Shown here in pieces: positions 30,936-40,913 of a stretch of DNA of 64,000 nucleotides. The DNA is from Nanobdellati archaeon. Lineage in GTDB: Archaea; EX4484-52; GLR71. The stretch lies in NCBI GenBank assembly GCA_019429005.1, contig JAHYJR010000001.1, forward strand, positions 8,663 to 72,662, read 5' to 3'. The notes under the pieces are model-generated. The model was not told the origin of the DNA and did no database searches. It was given only the letters and a program-made list of their open reading frames with translations. Position numbers and translations under genes: made by a program. Numbering within the stretch: position 1 is the first letter of the stretch; each line of letters starts with the position of its first letter.

Positions 30936-31892
30936 CTAATCAATAGCTTTTACAGTAATTTCTGTAACAGCATCAACATAGTAATTATATGCCGCAGTTG
31001 CAACAATCTGATATGATGATTTAGGTACAGCTGAATTAAATGTAGTTGTACAATAAACAACAGCTTGTCCAGAACGCATTCTTGCGACAGCAGGTACACC
31101 TACACCCAAACCACAATCAATAGCTTCACCATCAACTTTTACAGTTAATGCTACTTGACCACGACTTGATGAATCAATGTTAACATTACAAGCATCAGTA
31201 TTTTGAGTAACAAAACCATTGCCAACATCAGATACTGTAAATACAAGAGGTAATGTAGTTCCAGTAGCTCTAATTTTATCACCAGATTTAAGCTGTATCC
31301 TTATAGGTCCTGCACTATTCCTTGTTATTGCGGCACCAGGTGCAGCATCCCCTGAACTCTTATATTCTTCTTTTCCTGTTGATGTTAATGTACTCATAGT
31401 TGTTGTCTGATAGGGATAACACATCCTACCATTAAATGTATAAGATGGATTCATACCTTCTGGAGAATCCATAGGTTTCATAACAACTACAACTTCTTTT
31501 GCCATACCAGGTATACCCCTTTCAACATCTGGTGGATAAAACTCTGATGAAGTCATACTCCAAGTAACTAATTCCTTAGCATAATCTACGGTACCACCAC
31601 TTGGAGATGTAATAAGCCAACCCTTACTTCGATCAAGAACATTACTATCCATAGCAGGACCATATATCCATATAGACGTATCACCAGCCATGTTCTTAGC
31701 TCCAACATTTTCAAAAACTAAGCTCAAAGCAACATCTTCATCTTCATATATACTCGGTACATCAAAAGCAAATTGATTTACTACAGCACCTTGACTTTCT
31801 GAAAAAGGTGAACCTCTACCAGTACATCCTGAAACCAGGAGCACTGCAAACACAACACTAAACAAAAATAGTTTTTTAATATTTTTAATCAT
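30936..31892 (-). CDS. Putative lipoprotein, paralogue family
   Basis: LLVSGC lipobox-like; FENVG, CYPY, GPI, DVGNG, YNYY motifs. Confidence 0.75.
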   Translation of the reverse strand: MIKNIKKLFLFSVVFAVLLVSGCTGRGSPFSESQGAVVNQFAFDVPSIYEDEDVALSLVFENVGAKNMAGDTSIWIYGPAMDSNVLDRSKGWLITSPSGGTVDYAKELVTWSMTSSEFYPPDVERGIPGMAKEVVVVMKPMDSPEGMNPSYTFNGRMCYPYQTTTMSTLTSTGKEEYKSSGDAAPGAAITRNSAGPIRIQLKSGDKIRATGTTLPLVFTVSDVGNGFVTQNTDACNVNIDSSSRGQVALTVKVDGEAIDCGLGVGVPAVARMRSGQAVVYCTTTFNSAVPKSSYQIVATAAYNYYVDAVTEITVKAID

Positions 31893-32036
31893 TAATAAAA
31901 CACCTTATTTTAAAATCTTGTTATACCTAAGTATTTATATTTTTTTATCATATATATAGTTTTTGGTTTTCAAAATACAACTTTACATTAAGAAACCTTT
32001 TTAAATAAAAGATTTCAAAAATAAATGTGATTAATA

Positions 32037-32204
32037 ATGGCCGTAAAAATAGAACTTGAAAATTGTATGCAATGTTATGCTTGTGAAAATGTATGTCCAA
32101 ACAACACAATCTCTGAAAGTGATAAGGGTCCTGTTGTAGATGAAAAAAAATGCACAGATTGTGGTGCTTGTAAAGATATCTGTCCTGCAAGCTGTATAAT
32201 ATAA
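32037..32204 (+). CDS. 2[4Fe-4S] ferredoxin, not in the ORF track
   Basis: MAVKIELENCMQCYACENVCP...KCTDCGACKDICPASCII. Confidence 0.93.
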   Translation: MAVKIELENCMQCYACENVCPNNTISESDKGPVVDEKKCTDCGACKDICPASCII

Positions 32205-32309
32205 AATAACAACTAACATAATATAATATCACAATAGAAACAAGCTTATTTTATTTCTAATTAAATATTAACAGTATCAGATATATACTAGTTTAACCTA
32301 ATAATAAAT

Positions 32310-32639
32310 ATGCTTAATAAAAAAATTGAAAAAATAACTTTAACAGAAAAAAAACTCGAGAAAGAACTTTCAGAGTTTGAATTAAGCCTTAAATCAAAAT
32401 TGAAAAAAGAAGAAATGGCAAATATTAAAAAAATAGAAGAATTTGAGCAATTCCTTGAAACTGAATTAGAAGATATAGATAAAGAAACACAAATAAAAAT
32501 TAATTCTGAGAAAACAAAAATAACAAATGAACTTGAAAAAGAACTTGAAACGATAAGATCAAAAAGCTCAAACAAAAATGATGAAGCCATAAATAAATTT
32601 TCGGAGCTGATACTTGAATGCTTAAACCGTCAAGAATGA
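32310..32639 (+). CDS. A/V-type ATPase subunit H/G (peripheral stalk)
   Basis: Charged coiled coil directly before subunit I. Confidence 0.65.
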   Translation: MLNKKIEKITLTEKKLEKELSEFELSLKSKLKKEEMANIKKIEEFEQFLETELEDIDKETQIKINSEKTKITNELEKELETIRSKSSNKNDEAINKFSELILECLNRQE

Positions 32640-34459
32640 AAAAGGTTGAAATTATCGGGCTTAAAAAATACAAGGAAGATATAATCACAAAAATACAACA
32701 TCTTAATGTATTACACATAAAAACATCAAATATATCCGAAACTAATGAAAATCCTTCAATAATAATACATAAAGTATTATCAAATCTCGAAAAGATACAT
32801 GAAATAAAACAATTATTAAAACTAAAACAAAATATGCTAAAAACCTTAATTGGAACTAAACACAAACAAATTGAACTTGATGGTTATACAGATAGTGCAT
32901 TCACACATAAATCTGAATTATTTATTAACAACATCCATAAAAAAACAAAAGATATAATTAAATCAAAAACAGAAATAACAAAATTTGAAGAAAATATTAA
33001 AAATGAAATTAACTTATTAACATATTTTAAATCAATACACACAGACCAATTTCAAAAACAAGATACATCACAAATTATAAAGGGTTTTGGTATTGTAAAG
33101 GTCAGAGATCTTAGAGAAATTAAAAAACATATAGTTATCAAGATTACAAGAATGGATGAAGATAACATATATATTGCATTTAATGCTCTTAAATCCAATT
33201 GGGATAAATATAAAACAAAAATCAAAATAATAAAAACAACATATAATGTTATGCCACTTGTAGCAATAGAATACCTTAAACAAGATTTATTAGATATTGA
33301 CAACAAAAAAATAGAAAATAAAAATCTAATTGAAACAATAAGAAAAAAAGAAGATATGATCCTAGCTATAGAAGAAAGATGGCAAAACATAAAAACTCGT
33401 ATTCGTTCTGAAAGACACATGGGCTGCACAGATAAAACATTTATAATAGAAGGTTGGGCACCTCAAGATAAGATAAATCAAATACACAAAATACCAAACA
33501 TAGTCTTATCAATACAAGATACAGAGGATACTGAAACACCGATTAAACTAGAACATAATAAACTAATAAAACCCTTTGAAAAACTAACACAATGGTTTGC
33601 ACTCCCAAAATATAATGATATTGACCCAACATTATTTATTGCAATTGCATTCCCTTTATTTTTTGGTATAATTGTTGCAGACATCGCTTATGGCATCATC
33701 ATCCTTTTACTATCAACAGCACTTTTCATGAAAACATCAAAAGATACTATAAAAGACATATCAAAGATTATCATGACATCCTCTATAATCGCAATATTTT
33801 TTGGCATATTATTTGGTAGCTTTTTTGGAAACTTATTGAGCTTTAAATCCCTATTTAACGCAATGAAAAACCCAATACAAATCATGATTTTTTCACTCTT
33901 ATTAGGCTTTATTCACACAAATATGGGTTTAGTACTTGGCGTTATTTCAAGTTTCAAAAATAAAAATTATCCTAGACTTATAGATAGTATATCTTGGTTA
34001 TGTCTTGAAATTGGACTTATAATATATATATTAACAAAAACATCAACAATTCCAATTATATACACTTATATAAGTCTCACACTTATCACAATCACAATAC
34101 TAAATCAAACACGAAAAGGTATTAGTGGAATAATAGAAATTCCTGGATTTATTGCATCATGGATATCTTACATCAGACTTATGGCATTAACTGTTGCAAC
34201 TGCATGGCTTGCTTTTGTAGTAAACCTTGTTGCAATATCATTATCAGACATTTCAATCGTACTTGCCTCAATACCATTTATAATAGGTCACGCATTCATA
34301 ACAATTACAAATCTCATATCCGCATTTGTACATTCCTTAAGACTCAATTATGTTGAATTTTTCAACAGATTCTATGAAGGTGGTGGTAAAGAATATAAAC
34401 CGCTGAAACTAAATAATAAATATCATAAGATTAATGGTGAAAATAATGGTTGTAGCTGA
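32618..34459 (+). CDS. atpI: A/V-type ATPase subunit I (a)
   Basis: MLKPSRMKK, EGWAP, DIDPT, SYIRLMAL, HSLRLNYVEFF. Confidence 0.93.
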   Translation: MLKPSRMKKVEIIGLKKYKEDIITKIQHLNVLHIKTSNISETNENPSIIIHKVLSNLEKIHEIKQLLKLKQNMLKTLIGTKHKQIELDGYTDSAFTHKSELFINNIHKKTKDIIKSKTEITKFEENIKNEINLLTYFKSIHTDQFQKQDTSQIIKGFGIVKVRDLREIKKHIVIKITRMDEDNIYIAFNALKSNWDKYKTKIKIIKTTYNVMPLVAIEYLKQDLLDIDNKKIENKNLIETIRKKEDMILAIEERWQNIKTRIRSERHMGCTDKTFIIEGWAPQDKINQIHKIPNIVLSIQDTEDTETPIKLEHNKLIKPFEKLTQWFALPKYNDIDPTLFIAIAFPLFFGIIVADIAYGIIILLLSTALFMKTSKDTIKDISKIIMTSSIIAIFFGILFGSFFGNLLSFKSLFNAMKNPIQIMIFSLLLGFIHTNMGLVLGVISSFKNKNYPRLIDSISWLCLEIGLIIYILTKTSTIPIIYTYISLTLITITILNQTRKGISGIIEIPGFIASWISYIRLMALTVATAWLAFVVNLVAISLSDISIVLASIPFIIGHAFITITNLISAFVHSLRLNYVEFFNRFYEGGGKEYKPLKLNNKYHKINGENNGCS

Positions 34460-34688
34460 AATTGGCCTTATATCAATCGGTGCAGGTCTTGCCGTAGGTA
34501 TTGCGGCAGCAGGTTCTGGTATTGGGCAAGGTATGGCTGTTGCAGCTGCAATTGGTGCAACTGCTGAAAATGAAAACATGTTTGGTAAAGCATTAGCAAT
34601 GGCTGCCCTTACAGAAACACAAGCACTATATGGTTTCACTATTGCAATAATACTAATTGTGTTTGGTTTTGGTCTAGTTGTAGTATAA
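34446..34688 (+). CDS. atpK: A/V-type ATPase subunit K (c), single hairpin
   Basis: GSGIGQG...ALTETQALYG; SD GGTGA before ATG 34446. Confidence 0.93.
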   Translation: MVVAEIGLISIGAGLAVGIAAAGSGIGQGMAVAAAIGATAENENMFGKALAMAALTETQALYGFTIAIILIVFGFGLVVV

Positions 34689-34719
34689 ACTAAAACAAAA
34701 TCTAAAGACTTAAACAGAT

Positions 34720-35271
34720 GTGATTCTATTGAATTTTGAACAACTAATAGATGATTTAAAAAAAGAAGATTCTTTTAAAAAAAATAATCTACATTTCAAA
34801 CACCTTAAAGATATGGATCAAATAAAAACAGAATTCATAAATAAAAAAAGAACACTTAGAGACAAACTAATTCTTGAAAAGACAAAAACAGCAGCTAAAA
34901 CAGAAAAAAGTGACATAAGTAGCGCAAAAATTGAATCAAAAAAAACAATCCTTAAAGAAAAGAAAACAATAATTAACAATATAATAGAAAACGGAATTAA
35001 ACAAACAATACAATCTCAAGAATACATTGATTTTATTAGATTCACTATAGACAATAATGGTTTTGACGACAATACACAAATACTAATAAATGATAATGAT
35101 AATGCACTTAAAAACATACTTTCAGAAAAAGGAATCACCACAATACCAACAAACATCAAAGGCGGATTAATTATTATGAAAGATAAAATCTCGTTAAACA
35201 AAAGCTTAGATGTAATTATTGAAAAAAACCGTGTACTTCTCGAAAAAGAACTAAGTCATATACTTTTCTAA
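34720..35271 (+). CDS. atpE: A/V-type ATPase subunit E
   Basis: Helical N-terminus, IKGGLII, ends ILF; operon position. Confidence 0.8.
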   Translation: MILLNFEQLIDDLKKEDSFKKNNLHFKHLKDMDQIKTEFINKKRTLRDKLILEKTKTAAKTEKSDISSAKIESKKTILKEKKTIINNIIENGIKQTIQSQEYIDFIRFTIDNNGFDDNTQILINDNDNALKNILSEKGITTIPTNIKGGLIIMKDKISLNKSLDVIIEKNRVLLEKELSHILF

Positions 35272-35384
35272 ATACACATTATAAAATTAGAAATAATAAT
35301 ATACAAGTCTTAAAGATTATTATAAAAAAGATATATTATAAGAGAGAAATGATTATATAAGATTAAAAACTATTTAATAATTAG

Positions 35385-35468
35385 TGGTTAGGTGCTTGGA
35401 AAAAAGTCCTTAGAGATTATCTTTACTCATGATTGTTTGCTTTCCGTTCACCTAATCCAGGGTCTACA
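35385..35468 (+). ncRNA. Candidate structured small RNA inside the ATPase operon
   Basis: GGTTAGGTG/CACCTAATC and GGAAA/TTTCC stems; TTATATAA about 25 nt upstream. Confidence 0.35.
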
Positions 35469-35616
35469 ATATAATTAAATATTAAATCTGAATTCGTACT
35501 TACTTCTCAAATTAACCTTTAACTATTAAATTAAATATTTTAAAAAAGATATACCTTACTATAAAAATAAGTAAAGATATTTATTGATGTGACTATAAAA
35601 TAATTAATAGATTACA

Positions 35617-35793
35617 ATGACAAACGAAGATTTCCACAAGGTACAACTTGAAACCATAATAATCAGTATTAAGAAAGAAATAAAACGCCTTGAAAAACAA
35701 CTTGAAGAACTTGAAACAAAAATGGATCTTTATTGTAAAAAAAATAAAACAGATAAAAAAAGTAATTTAAAAATAAATAAAAAAACGAACTAA
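35617..35793 (+). CDS. Small coiled-coil protein (58 aa), not in the ORF track
   Basis: MTNEDFHKVQLETIIISIKKEIKRLEKQLEELETKMDLYC...; CTT/GAA codon style like neighbours. Confidence 0.55.
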   Translation: MTNEDFHKVQLETIIISIKKEIKRLEKQLEELETKMDLYCKKNKTDKKSNLKINKKTN

Positions 35794-35827
35794 TATCAAT
35801 ATATACTCTTCAATTCTAATATATATT

Positions 35828-36688
35828 ATGCTATTTCAGCTCCAATATGCATCTTCGAGAGTCCGTGCCCTTAGAGGTCAACTTTTTAAACAAGATGAAC
35901 TAAAAAAGATACAATCTGCAAAAACCAAAGAAGAGCTAATTTCTAACCTAAATCGTGAAATATACGAGAATATCTTTACAAAAACAGATATAATACAGAT
36001 TGAATCATATCTAGATTTAGAACTTGTAAACACAATAGAAAAAATAACGCAATTTTTACCTGAAAAGTTCAAAGAGGATTTCAATATATACATTTTACGT
36101 TGGGACTTATACAATATAAAACTCATGTTACGTGGTTTATATGCAAACATAGATTATAATATTATCAAAAAAGATTTTATTCAAACAGGTGCTATTTGGA
36201 ATTTGGTAGAACATAATTTTCCAAAAGACATAGACTCTATAAAAACAGCTATCATGGATAGTATATGGAAAACTTGTATAATTGACGCAATTACAAAATA
36301 TAACAATACAAAACAAATAAGAGATGCAGAACAAATTCTTGATACAACATATATATCGTTAATTAATAGAATAAAAACACAAACACTTAAAGAATATATG
36401 TTAGCTGAAATAATTATGAAAGATACACTTACAATTATTAGATCTCAAGATAAAAACATAAACATAGGAAATCAATTATTCATATTAAAACACAAAGAAA
36501 TACCAAAACACCTTGAACATATAAAAAACAATGACCCTGAAACAAATATAGAACTTGAACTTACAAAAATATCAAAAACAAAACTTATGATTGACCCTTT
36601 CGGAATTGGACTATACATCGATTATATCAGACAAAAAGAAATTGAAATAAAAACATTAAAACATGCCGCTCAAAAATTTTGGAACTGA
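35828..36688 (+). CDS. atpC: A/V-type ATPase subunit C (d), short
   Basis: YASSRVRAL, RWDLYNIK, KEIEIKTL; operon position. Confidence 0.85.
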   Translation: MLFQLQYASSRVRALRGQLFKQDELKKIQSAKTKEELISNLNREIYENIFTKTDIIQIESYLDLELVNTIEKITQFLPEKFKEDFNIYILRWDLYNIKLMLRGLYANIDYNIIKKDFIQTGAIWNLVEHNFPKDIDSIKTAIMDSIWKTCIIDAITKYNNTKQIRDAEQILDTTYISLINRIKTQTLKEYMLAEIIMKDTLTIIRSQDKNINIGNQLFILKHKEIPKHLEHIKNNDPETNIELELTKISKTKLMIDPFGIGLYIDYIRQKEIEIKTLKHAAQKFWN

Positions 36689-36903
36689 TGATAACTATGA
36701 TTTGTATAATTGGAAACACAAAAATTGCAGCAGGATTTAATCTTGCAGGTATAAAAAATACATATAATTCAATTAATGAAATAAAAGACGAAACTATAAT
36801 CATTATCGAAGAAGATATAGCCGAAAACGAAAAAGAATTAATAGGTCAACTTACATCAGACAAAATTATAATTACACTCCCAAAAAAACAAATAATTAAC
36901 TAG
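36688..36903 (+). CDS. atpF: A/V-type ATPase subunit F, C-terminally short
   Basis: MICIIGN...AGFNLAGI...IIIIEE...IITLP. Confidence 0.8.
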   Translation: MITMICIIGNTKIAAGFNLAGIKNTYNSINEIKDETIIIIEEDIAENEKELIGQLTSDKIIITLPKKQIIN

Positions 36904-36914
36904 AATAATTAAAA

Positions 36915-37043
36915 AATAACACAAATACAATAATCAATACAATAACACAAATACAATAATCAATACAATAACACAAATACAATAATCAATACAATAACAC
37001 AAATACAATAATCAATACAATAACACAAATACAATAATCAATA
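36915..37043. repeat. 26-bp tandem repeat (AATAACACAAATACAATAATCAATAC) x5, last copy one base short
   Basis: Read directly, between atpF and atpA. Confidence 0.95.
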
Positions 37044-37064
37044 TGTACATCCTAGGTAATATCT

Positions 37065-38783
37065 ATGTCAGGCAAAATAAAACGAATTGTTGGTCAAACA
37101 ATTGAAGCAAAGGACATGCGTGGATGTAGAATGTTGGACCAGGTCACAATTGGTGAAATTGGTCTTATTGGTGAAATAATAAAAATCCATGAAGATGTTG
37201 CATATATCCAGACATTTGAAGATACAACAGGACTTAAAATTGGTGATATTGTTGAAACAAAGAATGAACCACTTACAGCAGAACTAGGTCCGGGTCTTAT
37301 AGGATCAATCTTTGATGGAATACAAAGACCTTTAAACAAAATAGGTAATTTTATTGAACGTGGAGAACGACCTAACGCACTTAACAATAACCAAAAATGG
37401 ACAATTAAAAAAATAAAAGAAGGTCAAACCAAAACAGGAGAAATAATTGCAACCCTAAATGAAACAAGCCTCATCGAATACAGAATACTTGCACCAAAAG
37501 ACGGTATTGTTGAAATAAATGAAGGCGAATACACACTTGATGAAACCTTTGGAAAACTAATTACAAATGATGGAAATACAGAAGAATTAACACTCAGAAA
37601 AAGAATTCCAATAAATCATAGAACAAAAATTAAAAAACTTGTACCAACCGAACTTCTTATAACCGGACAAAGAGTACTTGACACACTTTTCCCACTAACC
37701 AAAGGTGGAAGTGCTGCATTGCCAGGAGGATTCGGTGCAGGAAAAACAATAACAACACAAGAAATTGCAAAATGGGCTGATGTTGATATAATTGTAATGG
37801 CTTTAATTGGGGAACGTGGCAATGAATGTGCAGATGTATTAAACACATTTCCAAAAATAAAGGACATCAAAACACAAAAAAGCATAATGGAAAAAAGCAT
37901 AATAATAGCAAACACATCAAATATGCCTGTAGCTGCACGAATATCCTCAATATACCTTGCAACAACAATATGTGAACACTACAGAAATATGGGTTATAAT
38001 ATCTTACTCATAACAGATTCAACCTCTCGTTGGGCTGAAGCAATGCGTGAAATTTCAGGAAAACTTGAAGAAATGCCAGGTGAAGAAGGTTACCCTGTAT
38101 ATCTGGCATCAAAAATTGCAGAATTCTATGAAAAAGCAGGTGTAATAGAAACCCAATTCAACACAACAGGATCCATAACAATTATTGGTGCAGTATCCCC
38201 ACCTGGCGGTGATTTCTCAGAACCCGTAACACAGGCAACAAAAAATGTAATCAAATGTTTGTGGGCTTTAAACACAGAACTTGCCTATAGACGACATTAC
38301 CCTTCAGTTGATTGGATGGTAAGTTATTCAAATTACAATGAAAATCTAAATATGGATTTAAAATTCAAAGGCTGGAATCGCCTTAGAAACAAAATAGTGA
38401 ATCTGTTGCAAGATGAAAAAGAGATTGAAACTGTTGTCCGCCTTGTAGGTTACGATTCGTTGCCAAATAACGAAAAATTTCTTCTTGAAGTCACAAAACT
38501 TTTCAGAGAAAACTTTTTACAGCAAGATGCATTCTCAAAAGTAGATGCATTCTGTCCACTTAAAAAACAATATGAAATGTTAAAAATATTTATAAATTAT
38601 TATGAGGCTGGAATTATAGCAATGAAACATGAAAAAGATATAGAATATGTACTAAATCCAAACATTGTAGATAAAATTGCACGAATGAAATTTGAAGAAC
38701 AAAATGAATTTCCAGAAATAAATAACTTAATCAAAAACACACTTTTTGAAGAAGAAACAAAAATTGAATGGCTTGGAAATTAA
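37065..38783 (+). CDS. atpA: A/V-type ATPase subunit A
   Basis: GGFGAGKT, GERGNE, NTSNMPVAAR, DSTSRWAEA, VSPPGGDFSEPVTQ. Confidence 0.97.
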   Translation: MSGKIKRIVGQTIEAKDMRGCRMLDQVTIGEIGLIGEIIKIHEDVAYIQTFEDTTGLKIGDIVETKNEPLTAELGPGLIGSIFDGIQRPLNKIGNFIERGERPNALNNNQKWTIKKIKEGQTKTGEIIATLNETSLIEYRILAPKDGIVEINEGEYTLDETFGKLITNDGNTEELTLRKRIPINHRTKIKKLVPTELLITGQRVLDTLFPLTKGGSAALPGGFGAGKTITTQEIAKWADVDIIVMALIGERGNECADVLNTFPKIKDIKTQKSIMEKSIIIANTSNMPVAARISSIYLATTICEHYRNMGYNILLITDSTSRWAEAMREISGKLEEMPGEEGYPVYLASKIAEFYEKAGVIETQFNTTGSITIIGAVSPPGGDFSEPVTQATKNVIKCLWALNTELAYRRHYPSVDWMVSYSNYNENLNMDLKFKGWNRLRNKIVNLLQDEKEIETVVRLVGYDSLPNNEKFLLEVTKLFRENFLQQDAFSKVDAFCPLKKQYEMLKIFINYYEAGIIAMKHEKDIEYVLNPNIVDKIARMKFEEQNEFPEINNLIKNTLFEEETKIEWLGN

Positions 38784-38818
38784 AAAATAAAGTTATAACT
38801 AAAAAAAAGATGATAACA

Positions 38819-40162
38819 ATGAAAGAATACAGCACAGTCTCAAAGGTTAAAGGACCACTTATAATACTAAAAAACACAGAAAATGTAGGTTATAATGAGA
38901 TTGTAAAAATCATAACGCCTGCGGGAGTTGAAAAACTAGGGCAGGTTCTTGAACTTAATGAAGATCTTACAATAATAGAAGTTTTCGAAGGTACAACAGG
39001 CATAGATACAGATAAAACAAAAGTTCGTTTTATTGGTGGTAATTTTAAACATCCTGTCTCTAAAGACATGGTTGGTGGTATTTTTGATGGTCTTGGACGA
39101 CCTATAGATTTTGAAATCATAGCAGAAAAAGAAATAGACATAAACGGTGCACCAATAAATCCAACAATACGAGATGTGCCTACAGAATTTATAGAAACCA
39201 AAATCTCAGCAATAGATGGACTTTTTAGTCTTGTAAAAGGTCAAAAACTCCCAATTTTTTCAGAAGAAGGTTTACCGCATAATAAACTAGCAACAAAAAT
39301 CGCTGAACAACTTGATGATGGCATATTAGTTATCTTTGGAGCAATTGGTATTACAAACGAAGAATTACATTATTTCACAAATGAATTTAAAAAAGCCGGA
39401 GCTCTTGAAAACATAATCGTTTTTGCAAATCTTGCAGATGACCCTGTAATAGAACGTGTCGTAACACCAAGAATCGCACTCGCAACTGCTGAATATTTCG
39501 CATGGGAACTTGGACGTGATGTAGTAGTTATTTTATCAGACATAACGGCATATGCAAACGGATTACGTGAACTTTCCGCAGCAAAAGAAGAAATACCTGG
39601 AAAACGTGGATACCCGCCATACCTTTATACAGACCTCGCAACAATATTTGAACGCGCTGGTATAATAAAAGGTAAAAAAGGAAGTATAACACAAATACCT
39701 ATCATAACAATGCCTGAAGGTGATATTACCCACCCTATACCAGATCTTACAGGATACATTACAGAAGGTCAAATTATACTAAGTAATGCACTTTCAAGAA
39801 AAGGAATATTTCCACCAATAAATATCATACCAAGCCTTTCAAGAATGATGCATAATGCAATTGGAACAGATAAAACGAGAGAAGACCACAAACAAGTATC
39901 TGATCAGATTTATGCCGCATATACTAGAGGAAAAAAACTTGAAGAACTTAAAAAAATAATAGGTGAAGACGCTTTATCTGAAACAGATAGAAAATATCTT
40001 GAATTTGTCAAAAAAATCGAAGAAACGTTCATAAACCAAAAAGATAAAAGAACAATAAAAGACACACTTGATATTTCGTGGAACATACTTAGAATATTAC
40101 CCAAAGAAGACCTTACAAAAATTGAAACGAAATATATAGACACATACTGGTACGCAAAATAA
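38819..40162 (+). CDS. atpB: A/V-type ATPase subunit B
   Basis: KEYSTV, GQKLPIFS, PGKRGYP, THPIPDLTGYITEGQI. Confidence 0.97.
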   Translation: MKEYSTVSKVKGPLIILKNTENVGYNEIVKIITPAGVEKLGQVLELNEDLTIIEVFEGTTGIDTDKTKVRFIGGNFKHPVSKDMVGGIFDGLGRPIDFEIIAEKEIDINGAPINPTIRDVPTEFIETKISAIDGLFSLVKGQKLPIFSEEGLPHNKLATKIAEQLDDGILVIFGAIGITNEELHYFTNEFKKAGALENIIVFANLADDPVIERVVTPRIALATAEYFAWELGRDVVVILSDITAYANGLRELSAAKEEIPGKRGYPPYLYTDLATIFERAGIIKGKKGSITQIPIITMPEGDITHPIPDLTGYITEGQIILSNALSRKGIFPPINIIPSLSRMMHNAIGTDKTREDHKQVSDQIYAAYTRGKKLEELKKIIGEDALSETDRKYLEFVKKIEETFINQKDKRTIKDTLDISWNILRILPKEDLTKIETKYIDTYWYAK

Positions 40163-40266
40163 AAAACAAGACACAATAACAAAGTTTACAAAACAATAAA
40201 TCAAAGTAATAAATTATACAAAATAAATATTAAAAACTAATTAATAACCTAAAACAAGATGATCTT

Positions 40267-40899
40267 ATGTCAATCCATGAAAACATAAAACCAACAAGAA
40301 TGGAACTCAAAAACATTAAAGAACACCTTGAACTCACAACAAATGGATTTGAACTACTTAAAAATAAAAATGATGCGTTAATAAATGAACTATCAAATAT
40401 TAGACGTGATATAAACTCAAAAAAAAAAGAACTTCAAAATCAAATGAATGAAGCATATAATAACATCGATATTGCAAGTTCAAAACTAGGCCTAACAAAC
40501 ATAAAATATCTTGCAGTATCAACAAATGATGCAAAAAACATAACACTCAAAGATAAAAAAATTATGGGTGTTAAAGTAAAACAAATCACTTTTGAAAAAT
40601 TTGAGCGGAATTTTGTAGAACGCGGATACAATATATACGATTCAAACATAAGCCTTGATAATGCCGCACTTTCTTTTGAAAAAGCATTACCGCATATCCT
40701 TGAAATTGGAGAGAAAAAACATAATATAATAACAATTTCTGATGAAGTTAAAAAAACAAACAGAAAAGTTAATTCGCTTGAAAGCATAATTCTTCCAGAA
40801 TTAAGAAAAACAATAAAAACAATAACTGGAAAAATTGCAGAAAGAGAACGTGAAGAATTCATTCGAATAAAAAAAGTAAAAAGTTGGATATCAAGATAA
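40267..40899 (+). CDS. atpD: A/V-type ATPase subunit D
   Basis: KPTRMEL, LLKNK, RKVNSLE, EREREEFIRIK. Confidence 0.95.
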   Translation: MSIHENIKPTRMELKNIKEHLELTTNGFELLKNKNDALINELSNIRRDINSKKKELQNQMNEAYNNIDIASSKLGLTNIKYLAVSTNDAKNITLKDKKIMGVKVKQITFEKFERNFVERGYNIYDSNISLDNAALSFEKALPHILEIGEKKHNIITISDEVKKTNRKVNSLESIILPELRKTIKTITGKIAEREREEFIRIKKVKSWISR

Positions 40900-40913
40900 T
40901 CTTAATATCATTA

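Noticed and set aside
31948-32232. Minus-strand ORFs of 94 and 62 aa
   Set aside because: Overlap the real + strand ferredoxin
35385-35468. RNase P or SRP RNA
   Set aside because: GGAAAAAAGTCC only loosely resembles the RNase P motif; too short, lacking the 3' P4 strand and SRP helix 8 motif
36915-37043. CRISPR array (also considered for 1-140 and 7052-7186)
   Set aside because: Units are head-to-tail with no unique spacers, and there are no cas genes
37065-40162. Inteins in atpA/atpB
   Set aside because: Lengths are normal or short with no insertion
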